Origin: Phoronis australis
Lineage: Eukaryota; Animalia; Phoronida
Direction: 5' to 3'
Length of the DNA stretch: 64,000 nucleotides
Assembly (NCBI GenBank): GCA_002633005.1
Contig: NMRA01000225.1
Coordinates: 423,218-487,217, forward strand
Made by a program: the position numbers and the translations under genes. Position 1 is the first letter of the stretch. Every line of letters begins with the position of its first letter. Under the pieces are notes generated by a model. It was not told where the DNA came from. It saw nothing but the letters and a program-made list of their open reading frames with translations, and did no database searches. Shown piece after piece: positions 1 to 10,732 of the stretch.

Positions 1-3000
1 GCTGACCAGGAGGGTCCACCCTTACCCCCTAGGAACTATAGACCGAGTGACGACAGAGCACCCCAAGATATGAGGCGCAGTGATCCAAACTGGGAGCAGA
101 GGAACGATTGGCACCAGTTCAATCTCTGGCGAAAGACTGAAACTCAGCCGGGCAGTAGATACGACCAAAAATGGTTGGTTGCGGACGGTAAACAATCTCA
201 TGATCACAATCGTAATCAAAGCCAGGGAAAATCGTACGAGAACATTTACGCGAGCCCGGAGGATGAGGGCTATACGCAAGAATTGCGAAACCGGGCGCGG
301 AAAATGTCGCAGAATCACCAGTTATCCGCGCCAGCAAATTATAAAAAAGAGCCGGTGGTCAACCAGGCGAAGTTGGAAGTGAGCTGGTCCAAGCCTGTAG
401 ATACGGCACCCCAGCCACAGGAGACTTGCCAGCCTCCGCCCAGAGACACACAGGAGCCTGTCAGGCCTCCTAAGACTTACACTTCCCCCCTGTCTAAGGG
501 AAATCCTGTGGATTCCCGCATGTATAATCCTGTGTTACCGCCCCATCCTATTGAAGAGACTGACATAGATGCTGTTATTATTGGTGATGAAAGCTTACCA
601 CCGCCTCCCCTTCCCAAGGACTACCCGACTCACACTCCACCAGCTGGCTTCCACTCCAACAGTCCCAGGTCTTCGCCTAGTATTGGACGTTTGTCACCCC
701 ATTTTCGTAGTTCCCCCAAAGACTTCCCCGCAGAGATCTCGTTCCCACCGCCGCCGCCAACCAATGATGTGAAAGACACAGGCTCACAAACTGATGAAGA
801 TGAAATTGACAGGTAAGTATTGCTAACCTTTGGAAACTAGTCTCAAACCCAAACCTGGATTCTAATTTTAAGTCCTGTGCAGATACAAGACATCTGGTAA
901 TTGCTTGGCTCAACAAAACCTCAGGATATCTTGTCCATGTAACATGAAATACATGTTTTTAGAATCTTAATTGGCCTTACTTAAGCCATTATCCCGATGA
1001 TAAATAGTTGGTTGGCCATGGCCACTTCTGACTTCATCAACATACACTATAAGAAATCGTTTGAGCTTCAACTGCGTAGAAATTTTTCTCAGAAAGTTGT
1101 TGAAAATGGGAGAAGAGGCAACTTGAAATGTTTTTGAGTTTGTGTACCAAACAGTATGGCAAAGATCTAAATGAATGGCCTTGTTTTGGAGGTCTTTACC
1201 AGATTCGGATGAAATGTCAAGTAGAGTCTGGGTTTGAGACTACCATTTAAGTTGTGATGGCACCTTTTACTGGCTAAAAAGTGTGCAAAGTGACGCTCTT
1301 CATTTTCGAATGTTGGCAACTATGTGCGCTGTTGAGCTAATTTTCAAAACTGTTCCTTGTGACAAGCAATTGCTTTTATTAATGACCAGTAACTGTTATC
1401 TTTATGACTAGTAACTGTTGTCTTAATGACTAGTAACTTTTTCTTCTGGTCTCAACTCAGTTGCTGCTTCTGTCTTTCTTGTCAATTCTGTCAAGAGTTG
1501 ATTGATTTTCCTGTTAGGTAGTGACATCTGGTGGTAAATAAATAGGAACCATAGTTCCCCCCCTTCCTGACAGCTGTGGAAATATCTCATTAGTAAAGCG
1601 TTAAACATGTATTTACTCAACCTGTATTGCATAACAGCGATATAGTTTTTATGTTGAATCAAGAAATTATGCAGTTATCCATCTTCTTGGATAGATAAGA
1701 TAGATAGATAAGTCACTTTATGATGAGAATTTTTGATATCATAATCTTCGATTCATCTTCACCTGTCACATGATGGAAGTTGTTTCTCAGACGAAAGAGT
1801 CTCCCTCCCACCGTATGTGTAACATGCTTTCTATAAATAATACCCTACTACTGGCTGTACCTCTAAGTGGCCAATTTCCTAAATAGCCTGCACTTTATCA
1901 AGGGCTGTTCCATACATTAGGCCAGAGCAGAGAGAGGCCTGTATATTGTTTCTAATTATGCCTGCTGTTCAGTGTAAACACAGCTATCTTTGCTGGACTC
2001 TGTGGTAGATTTGCTGTTTTGACTGACAGTATCAAGTCAAACATGGCTGCTTCCTGGGAGCTTGTGTAAGTGATTGGCCGATGGTAGATTTTTATGCATC
2101 ATAGTGGTTAGATATCACATACTGATTGGGAAGTAGTGGGAGTTTTTATGGACTGTTGTTGTTATTTGTGCCAGTTTGTTGTAATTACTTTCAATTCTGT
2201 TGATTCCTAAATGAGAAGAGCACACTGCTGAGTGGCTGGACCATGCTCGTTAAGGTACTCTGGTACAGTGAAGTCTCGCCAGTTTTGAACGAAACTATTT
2301 CTGAAATTGATCTCTCTTTTTCCCTCTTTGTTATGACAGCCTGTAATTTTTCCAAGCATAACAATGGATTGTAAACTATTACTGGGATCCCGCATTTTGA
2401 GAACCAGTTTTCCCCGCCAAATAACAGTCATCAAACTGGTTCTAAAAATCGGGGATCCCTGTGATTGACTAACAATGGTATAGATTGTAAAAATGATAAA
2501 GCACTCATTAAGTGCTGTTTATCTCTTAGAACGAGAAAGAAAATTTGACTTGTCCACCATGGTGTGTGCTAAATTGGCAAGATTTCACTGCAAAACATGT
2601 GGTCTCGTTATGGACTTTGTACATCCAGGAAATGTATTTTACTGAGTTAAATTTTACTTTTGTTATGAGACTTGGCTGAATGCACAGACTTGAGTAGTTG
2701 ATAAGGTGGGATGTAACCTTAACAGAATTGCGTGTTAGTATTGTTTTTCCAGCGCAGTCTTTCAAATGTGAAGCTTAATGTCATTATATTGTGCCGATAC
2801 ATCATCAGTGGCTCTTGAATGGAGGAGTACAACGCGCAACTGTCTTGGTTTCGTACTAGGTTCACTTCAGTGGTGAAAACGCTGGTAGCTTTATCATCTG
2901 ATTGCTAGGGTTGTAACTGGATGAGCTATCCATGAAGGGGTCACTTTTGCCAGCGGTTAATTTACTCACCACCCAAATTGCTTTTCATGGAAAATTGATG

Positions 3001-6000
3001 TGCGATGATAAACCATGGCCTCTTTCCCCTGGGCATGTGTGCCCTTTGAATAAATGGCCTGGCTGGCCTGCTAGAGAAAACGTTAGCAGATTTGGAGTCA
3101 ACACCCCAGTACCCCTCATGGACTCAAAAGAGAACAATTTTGGATAGACAAGCTCAATGCACTAGAACCTCATGGATTAAACATAAAAACTGCTTAAATT
3201 ATATCATTTAATTATTTCCGCAACAATGTATCATATTCATTACACCACATCTTAAATGTCAATTGTCATGTAATATTTGATTTTACTTTATTCCGGTTTC
3301 TGTTGACGAAGGACGTTATTATATCCGAAAATTTCAGTTGATCCGTTCTTGTTGTTTTATTTACCTATATATATTCTACATTTCGTGAAACAATAGTATC
3401 CTTAAGAGGATCTGGATCACCTTATTTAGTTTCAGATTTATTTTCTACGTTATTTGACTTCACTAGTGTGGATACATGTTTAGGTCTTAATTCAAAACTA
3501 CTGTTAGACTTCATGGGACTCCACTACTCATATTGCAGTTAAAAATATTTTCATCTGCACCTTAAACATCCAGGGATCCCTGTTGCACAGTAAAGTATGC
3601 TGGGTAACAACAGTGTTGTCGCATTATCACGTGTCACAAATCTATTGTTGACCAATGCACTTTACCTCATGCAAACTCACTTCAATGGTAACAAAACTAG
3701 CAATTTTAAAATGACAAAATTAGCCAGACAGTGTTGTGCCCAAGTTATGGTAAATTCTGCCAGCAGTCTTCTTCACTGTTTGAATTACCCAGAGCCAACA
3801 CGTGTCCCTTGTACTGAAGTTCTAGCGAAAACTCCAGTCCATGAATTTTGGCGTTACTCAAACGGTCAGTTTCAAAGCAACCCCTTAATCTATCACATTA
3901 CTGGCATTTTTGCTATTAGGGAAAGTGCTTGTGAAAACACTGCTATTTTAGCCAATTTGTGTATGTTGTATGTCTGATACTATATCTACGACCTTCCTCA
4001 ATAACTTTGGGAAGTAAAAATATGTGGTAACTACCACTTGGTTAATGAAACACTCAAATTTCGAAATTCTAATCTATAAGGTTGAATAACTTTTAGCAGA
4101 AGTATACAGTGTAGTTCATTAAAGTTGTGGAAAAGCACAATTCAGACTTGCGTTTTAAGCAAAATGTCATGTGCGATCCTAACTTGTAGTTGGAAGTGTT
4201 GCAATCTTGGTGTGCTCTGGCTGTCCTCTTTAGTTGGTAGGGTATCACCTAACCACTTCATCACTCTCTAATTACTGGTCTGCCTTCAACTGATAAATTT
4301 CTTGGCTCCAATTGAGGTTGTATTAATTTACATAACCTGGTACTTCTCTAAATATTCTACAGCTGTGTAGTGACTGGTGAACACACCTGATGACATCTCC
4401 TGAGCTCTGTGTCTTTAAAGTGGCCGCTGTGAGACTGATGATAGAAATTCAGTCTTACGCTACCCCTTCACAATTGTTGAAAAAGGTTTAGCCAAATCAT
4501 TATGAGCACATCGCAGTCTAGAAATAATTAAGAGCAAATATCTCAGTAACTTTGCAAATGAGCGATTTATTTATTCTCAAGAAACGTTGCACTTTTGCTC
4601 GTGTGAGGTTTACGGTATTAATTTCACATCCATTGAATGATGCCACTGATGCCAACTCCAACTGAAGTGATATAAAAATCAAAAGTTCAGGCCTACACAT
4701 TTTCTCGGACAAGACTGGTAACTCGCTTCTAAAATAAAATCAAGTTGTCAGAGGTATTTAGCAGGTATCCCTTGAAGCAGTGAACCATCTGCACCATTTT
4801 GTAAAAAGAGAAATGCTAAACTGCAGTGCTAGAAAGCTTCTACAATGTCTACTCGTCATTGGCGTTTTTTTTAAAGATGCACTCTAAAAGCATTCTCCAC
4901 AACTGAAAATTCCCAAAAGTGTACGGATGTCAACGAAGGTGGTGGAAGTTTGTGGTGGCCATCATTTCATGTAGTGTAAATGTCCTTTTTCACAAATGCG
5001 GGCTTACAGGTCACGGCGGTACGTATTTAAGTAGGTCGTGAAGAACACAGGCAGTGCTTACATTAAATGTTCTATCCATATATGCACTCATGTCTTGTAT
5101 TGACTTACTTCTTATCCATTTTTTTAGCTATCCAGAGAACTCGTACATGGCCCACTCGAACAAACTGAAGAGAAATCGATGCTCGCCAGTTAGTTATGGT
5201 AAGACGTCGACTAGTGAACGCCCTCTGTTGAGTACAGCCCCAGCAGACTTGGAGTCTGCAGTAAAGCCTGCCGTTGGTCAAATTTCAGACTCAGTCAGGA
5301 GTCAGAGTTCAGACTCCACCAGGAGCCAGAGTTCAGATTCGGCCCACAGAACAAAGTCACCCCTTTCATCCAATGAACATTCCCCTCGTAACTCACCGCC
5401 TTCCACATGCGCTGTCCAACTACTCAAGTGTCCCCGACCTACTACTCACACGACAGCCAACTCCAGTTATTCCCAACTTCCAGCTACACCAGATCACGTG
5501 TCTAGTCCTCAGCTACACGAGGATGTAAAGCTCTTCAAACCCATCCATGACAATATAGTACAAAATCTGCCACCGAAAGGTCACAGGCGGTACTCCGAAC
5601 AACCTTATGTGAACAGATCTCCAGCCGAAACTGGACACGGCAGACGTCAGTCAGTGGAACATACAATACTGCCACGGAGATCCAATGATGTGTTAGATAA
5701 GCCGCAGTCGGTGGCAAGCAGGAGGATGATCTCAGAGAGTACAGACAGTTTAGAGGGAGCATTTGTGTCTAAGGTGAATGAGGACGTTCTGAAGTCAGCT
5801 GAGACAGTGAACGCTGTGAAGCTCTCCCGTGAAGAAGTGTCCGAAAAGGAGAGCACTAACTGTAACAATGGGCCCAGCCCCGTAGTGAGTGATAAACCAG
5901 ATAGCGTGGAACCCGCTCTTACGATCAAACACATTCGGCAGAAATCGCAGGAGGAACTGGAGTGTGATCAGGAGGCTGCTAGACTAGCCAATCAAATTAA

Positions 6001-9000
6001 GGAAAAGGACGGCAAACTGTCCAAGGTGCTGCTGTCCTCAGACAGCCAGAAGACCGTGTCAGACTACATGGAGGGTGTTGTGGAGATTGACCCGGCCATC
6101 CAGCACAGGAGGCAGTCTAGCGCCGGCAAGTCCTCGTCATCACCGAAATCCACATCACCTAGACCCCCCAGTGATGGGCGAAACTCAATGACGCCTGAGA
6201 AACTGTAAGTTTATTGTTTGTCAGTCCTTTGTAGTGGTCTATCTAAGGCACTTTATTCACTTACATTTAAAATTAAAGGTAAAGGTAACCTGTTTTCATG
6301 TCATTTTTAGCAAAAATAAGATTTGTTGATTATACCAGACATATTTTTCACTTATTTACTGCTTGCCACACACTCGGTAACCCTCCACTGCTTTGTACGT
6401 TGCGTGAACGGGTAGCGCTGCGTTCTTCACATGAACGAGCTAGCCAAGTACGGCGAAGTGTGTCATCCTTCGGAAAGCGACGCAAGGTACCCAAAGCGCG
6501 TGTAAGACGATAATGAGTACATCCCGGCACGCAGCAATAGCGTGGCATGTTGACTGACTTGTAAACAAAAGCAAACGATGGCCGAACTTATCACAATGGA
6601 GGTAGAACAATGACTGACTCGAGAGCTCTCACAGTCGGACTATAATGAAAAGAAATTGCAGCGAAACTCTTGCCTCCCAAAACGTCACTTCCGGAGTGGA
6701 GGACGAGAAATAATCAAATTACGAAAAGCTGTAATTAAGTGAAAAATGTGTCTGGAATAATCAACGAACCTTATTTTTGCTAAAAGTGACATGAAAAAAG
6801 GTTGCCTTCGCCTTTAAAGCCCTTAACAGTCTGGGTTAAGTGTTCATCCTTTGCTTTCATTGATCATGTCGAAGTCTCTGTTATAGAGTTCCTGTTGTCT
6901 TTTTAGCCGTTCCTGTTTTTTAAAATGTGACATCGATGTTTTTCATGTTTTGGCGGAGTAAAAATTGTTTTTTGTCATCTTTCCCAAATGCTCTTGTTGG
7001 CTAGGTCAGGTACTCAGCGACATTGTTGTGTCATAGCTGCATGCTGTATGTGAGGGTCAATGTTCCAAAGATCCTCATGGCATAGTTGCTAAATAACCAC
7101 TTAACATTCTTGTTCAAGATTCTATGATTGACATTTAGATATGTGTGAGTGAGAAACCAATTATTTATACATTTCGATACGCTGTTTTTTTTTTTGCTTT
7201 GTATATAACAAATGTTTTATCAATTCAGGTCGGATTCTCCTCACCCTGTTTCGCCATATTGGAATCCAACACCATCTTCTCAGAGCACTTGTTTCGTTGA
7301 TGAATTAAACGACAGCGGTGATCTTCATAAAAAGAAGGTAAATTTGTGTCATTCTCAATTTCTTAAAAATTCTCGGTTTTATTAGGAATGTCAGTTCATA
7401 TTTGGACATAAGGCAACTTGGGAGTTTCCAAACTGAGCAGAAAAGTAGGGCAAATTTGCGATCTCGTTTCATAACCTCGCACTAGGACAATAGCTGTGTA
7501 GGTGGAAAACCAGGTTGATGCCATACAAGCCGGCAAATTGCCACCGCCTTGTTTTTTTATCTCACAATTGGTCCATTTTCTACCTACAATGATCGTTTCC
7601 ATTGATTGAGCATTTAGCAAAAGTGCCTATAATGCTGCATTTCATTTTTATCTTCCTGTGAGCTGTGTCTTTTACAGTTTAAAGAGACATTCGTGGCAAA
7701 AAACTAGCAGTCACAAACTGTGCTGCATCAATTGAATATTCTAGCTCTGAGCCATAAATGTTAAGGACACCAACCTTGATTTGTTAATGTCTGGTAATGA
7801 CGAGATTTGGCAATTTGTATTAAAACTACAAAAACGCAGCAGTTTAAATGCAGAATGTAGTAAGCTGAAAAGTGACAGTCTGCCATTCAGGCTTAATATT
7901 GTATTTGGGCAACAGGAGGAGCTAGCAGAAAGGATTCAGAAGAAGCTGGATTGTCTGCTGCAACAGAAGAAATTGTTGAAACAAGAAGCAGACGAGTTGG
8001 AGGAGCTAGGAGTTAAGGTAGGTAGGAGGCTATATGTCTCAGCGCTGTAGCTCTTAATTTGATTAACTAAACATTCGTGAAAATGATAAATACTTATTCC
8101 TGATGATTGGTTTGGTTGTCCAAACACTTTGTGGAAGCATAAATGTTTATATTTGATAAACATAAAGATGGAGTTCGCATAGTTATCTCGGAAGTGGAGT
8201 ACTTAATGCAGCTACTGCAAACCAAATTGTCCTGTCTGGACAACAGTGTTCGATGTAGTAATTGACGATGTATGTAACTGTTACCATCTAATTAATGTAC
8301 AGATTCTTTTTGATCTGTTGTATTCTAAAGAGACTATTCTCTGAATTCTTCTGAATTTTGTTAAGTCGAAGCTCCTGTTAGAGAATAGTTGTGTTGGTAT
8401 AAAATGGAAATAATTATCAAAATTTTTAACAAGAATAAGCAAAATGATTTTAGTTGATTATTTGAAAACTTTATATAGAACGACTGTCATCAACAAACAT
8501 GCAGTGAAATGTCGACCATTTTGGCAATACGGTGCATCTGAAAATGAAAAACTGACAATCTTGACTATTCTTTTGCTTAAATTTGAGAAAACTTTGCCTT
8601 ACCTGTAAATGACTTGTTCACCCTCTGGTGGTCTTACACCAAGTGGTCATCCCTTCACCTTTGCTCTTCTAGGTGTCCTCGGTTGTCGAGTCCAAGTGTA
8701 CCAAAGCTGAGTTTGAGAAGTACAACTTGTACATTGATGAGAGTCAGAAGGTTGTCCTACTACTGCTGAAGTTATCCGGCTGGCTGGCCAATGCTGAGAA
8801 TCAGTTGACTAGTCTGTCTGAGGATGCCCCCAAGGCTGTGAAGGTTTGTTATGATAATACATCAGAGTAATGAATACATAGTCCACACTACTGTGGCCTG
8901 TTGTATTGAAATGTGTCGATTAAAGGGGCGTGTTACCTTTTAAAGAGATATTTGGTCGGTTTATTTTTACATACTGTAAAGGGTATTTAGAACTTTCTGT

Positions 9001-9592
9001 ATCAACAAATTGACCAACACTCCCTCTAAAACTTTACAATGTGTGGAACCTAACAAAGTTTTGAGATTGCGGCAATGAGAATTTTTTATCATCCGAAAGT
9101 CAGGAACCTTTTTTGATTCCAATTTTTTTTCTAACATACATCAGAACGTTACCAAAACTTCGATTCTTTACAAACTGTAGTCCATATAATCTAAAATGTC
9201 GTGACATGGAAAATTTCGTCTACCAATACTTTCTCTTCAAACTGTAATTCATCTAATCTAAAATATTGTGACATGGAAAATTTCGTCTACCCGTCTTGGC
9301 TCAGTGATTTTATTCCAAGTAACTCTTTCAGGATGAACTGTTGGAGAAAAAGGACAAGTATGCAAAGCAGCATGAGGATGCCCGTGGCCTGAAGGAGGGC
9401 ATTGACAGACGGCGGGCACGGGTACACAGCTTCCTGGAGAATTATTTGTCAGATCAGCAGTTTGAGGACTTCAAGCACTTTACCAAAACACGCCTCACCC
9501 TGATCTGGGAAATAAAAGACTTGGACGACAGTATACAGATGGGCCAAGACCAGTTGAAGGAGTTGCACAGGAGCATGGAGTTATCTCCCTAG
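1..9592 (+). CDS. SHROOM: Shroom family protein (ASD2/SD2 domain), 3' part; 5' end lies upstream of the window
   Basis: Phase-consistent GT-AG exons <1-812, 5128-6204, 7229-7337, 7916-8017, 8673-8843, 9332-9592 (TAG). C-terminus KSQEELEC...KTVSDYMEGV, KKEELAERIQKKL, CTKAEFEKYNLYIDESQKVVLLLLKLSGWLANAEN, QHEDARGLKEGIDRR, LSDQQFEDFKHF...LDDSIQMGQDQLKEL matches the ASD2 pattern; upstream part is Pro/Ser-rich with LPPPP and FPPPPP motifs. Confidence 0.93.
838..1242. mobile_element. MITE-like element with TAG...CTA termini (Academ-like ends)
   Basis: TAGTCTCAAACCCAAAC at 838 and GTCTGGGTTTGAGACTA ending 1242 are 16/17 inverted repeats; no coding capacity; TSD not evident. Confidence 0.55.
1381..1440. 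repeat. Short tandem repeat, about 3 x 22 bp (ATGACTAGTAACTGTT..)
   Basis: atgaccagtaactgttatcttt / atgactagtaactgttgtctta / atgactagtaacttt seen directly. Confidence 0.8.
2384..2459. repeat. Small imperfect inverted repeat (27-bp arms)
   Basis: gggatcccgcattttgagaaccagttt ... aaactggttctaaaaatcggggatccc; flanked on both sides by a taacaatgg..attgtaaa motif. Confidence 0.7.
6277..6813 (-). mobile_element. Non-autonomous Kolobok-type DNA transposon with THAP-domain remnant, in a Shroom intron
   Basis: TTAA on both sides (6273-6276, 6814-6817), AGG...CCT termini, about 90-bp imperfect TIRs; internal minus-strand ORF 6548-6348 begins MPRYCCVPGC...LRRFPKDDTLRRTW, the N-terminal half of a THAP zinc finger. 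Confidence 0.8.
9171..9291. repeat. Intronic tandem duplication, 2 x about 67 bp
   Basis: caaactgta..(c)at(a/c)taatctaaaat....gtgacatggaaaatttcgtctacc occurs at 9171 and 9238. Confidence 0.85.
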
Positions 9593-9782
9593 GCTGGCTC
9601 ACAAGGGGGTGCTAGGTGTACAAAGGGATAATTTTGTTGGCCCTAATTAATGTCTTGGGAAATGTTGAAATTATCCTCCTGTAAAGGCCTTGAATTTACC
9701 TCGCTTCACAGGCTTTTTGGATTCCTATGAAGTTTTTTCCAAGTACAATGATAAATAAATTGACACTTCAGTACCTGAAAGT

Positions 9783-9869
9783 GTAACATTGTCCTGTGTG
9801 CTCACACAATAGTGACATTGTCATGTGTACTCACACAATAGTAACATTGTCATTTGTGCTCACACAATA
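9783..9869. repeat. 3 x 29-bp tandem repeat in the probable Shroom 3' UTR
   Basis: gt(a/g)acattgtc(c/a)t(g/t)tgt(g/a)ctcacacaata repeated three times. Confidence 0.9.
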
Positions 9870-10726
9870 CTACAAGGGAAAGTGACCTGTTTTATGTGTT
9901 AAGAGCATTGTAGTAAACAAAACGACCATGGTAACATTCTGACTACCTAATGTTGATAGCTTTTGTATTTAGTTGAAGAGTTGTGGCTTTTAATCTTACC
10001 TTGAACGTGTTTATCATCTGTTTAGTTACAATCACTTATATTTCATCAGTGTGACAGCTGAACTATATTCATGGCAAATTCTTTATGTCTCAATTTTAAG
10101 AGGAGAAAAGTATTGTATGTTTATTTTAGTGACTCTTTGTTGCATTGTCACAACCATGGTGACTTATACTGTCGTGCATTCTTTGGTTCTAGTCTTACAG
10201 ACCTATTAATTCTTACTGGTATAATTTTCTTGCTATTTTTACTAGTGTATGTCTATGTCAGATTTTGATTTACTCATCTGTTCACTAGAGGGCACCACTG
10301 GCCTGGTTGCAGTCACCTTGGAGCGCCATTTACATTGTGGTTGAATGCTTCCTGGAAGGTATCTTGATTTTGGATACTTTTTTGTTTGGATTTATGTTTG
10401 CTTAGGTCGTTGAAGAGTTCAAAATGTTTTAAGGATAATATCGAGGGCTGTGCCAGAGCTATGGTTCGAAACTTAGCTAGGGTATTGAATGGCACAAGTT
10501 TTAGCCTCAAAGTCATAACCAGCAGTGTCTCGTACATAATAGTTTACTGTAAATGTGTATTTATCAAATGACACTTTTATCATTTGTTTGTAGTACAAGT
10601 GGTGGAAACCGTGTATTTTAGCTAAACCGTATATTTATTTGATTGTATGATATTTCTACATATATATTTGTACAGAATGGTTGCTATGTTTATGAATGTC
10701 TGCCAGAGGAGAGTTTGAAGCTTAAG

Positions 10727-10732
10727 ATTAAA
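10727..10732 (+). promoter_or_regulatory. Candidate Shroom polyadenylation signal (ATTAAA)
   Basis: Follows an AU/GU-rich 3' UTR-like tract (tatttattt, tgtaca) and precedes a T/GT-rich stretch; an earlier AATAAA lies at about 9754. Confidence 0.35.

Noticed and set aside
3300-3340. Hammerhead-ribozyme-like string TTGACGA-AGGA..TCC-GAAA-ATTTC, reminiscent of Penelope-element ends
   Set aside because: Core C3 is altered and stem I does not pair; at best a dead remnant. A similar weak case at about 39957 also lacks proper stems I and III.
3597-3977. 126-aa intronic ORF and the many other 60-140 aa ORFs in introns
   Set aside because: No domain features or splice support; expected by chance.
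6348-6548. Independent THAP-domain gene
   Set aside because: Truncated before the C-terminal Cys/His ligands and enclosed by TIRs.
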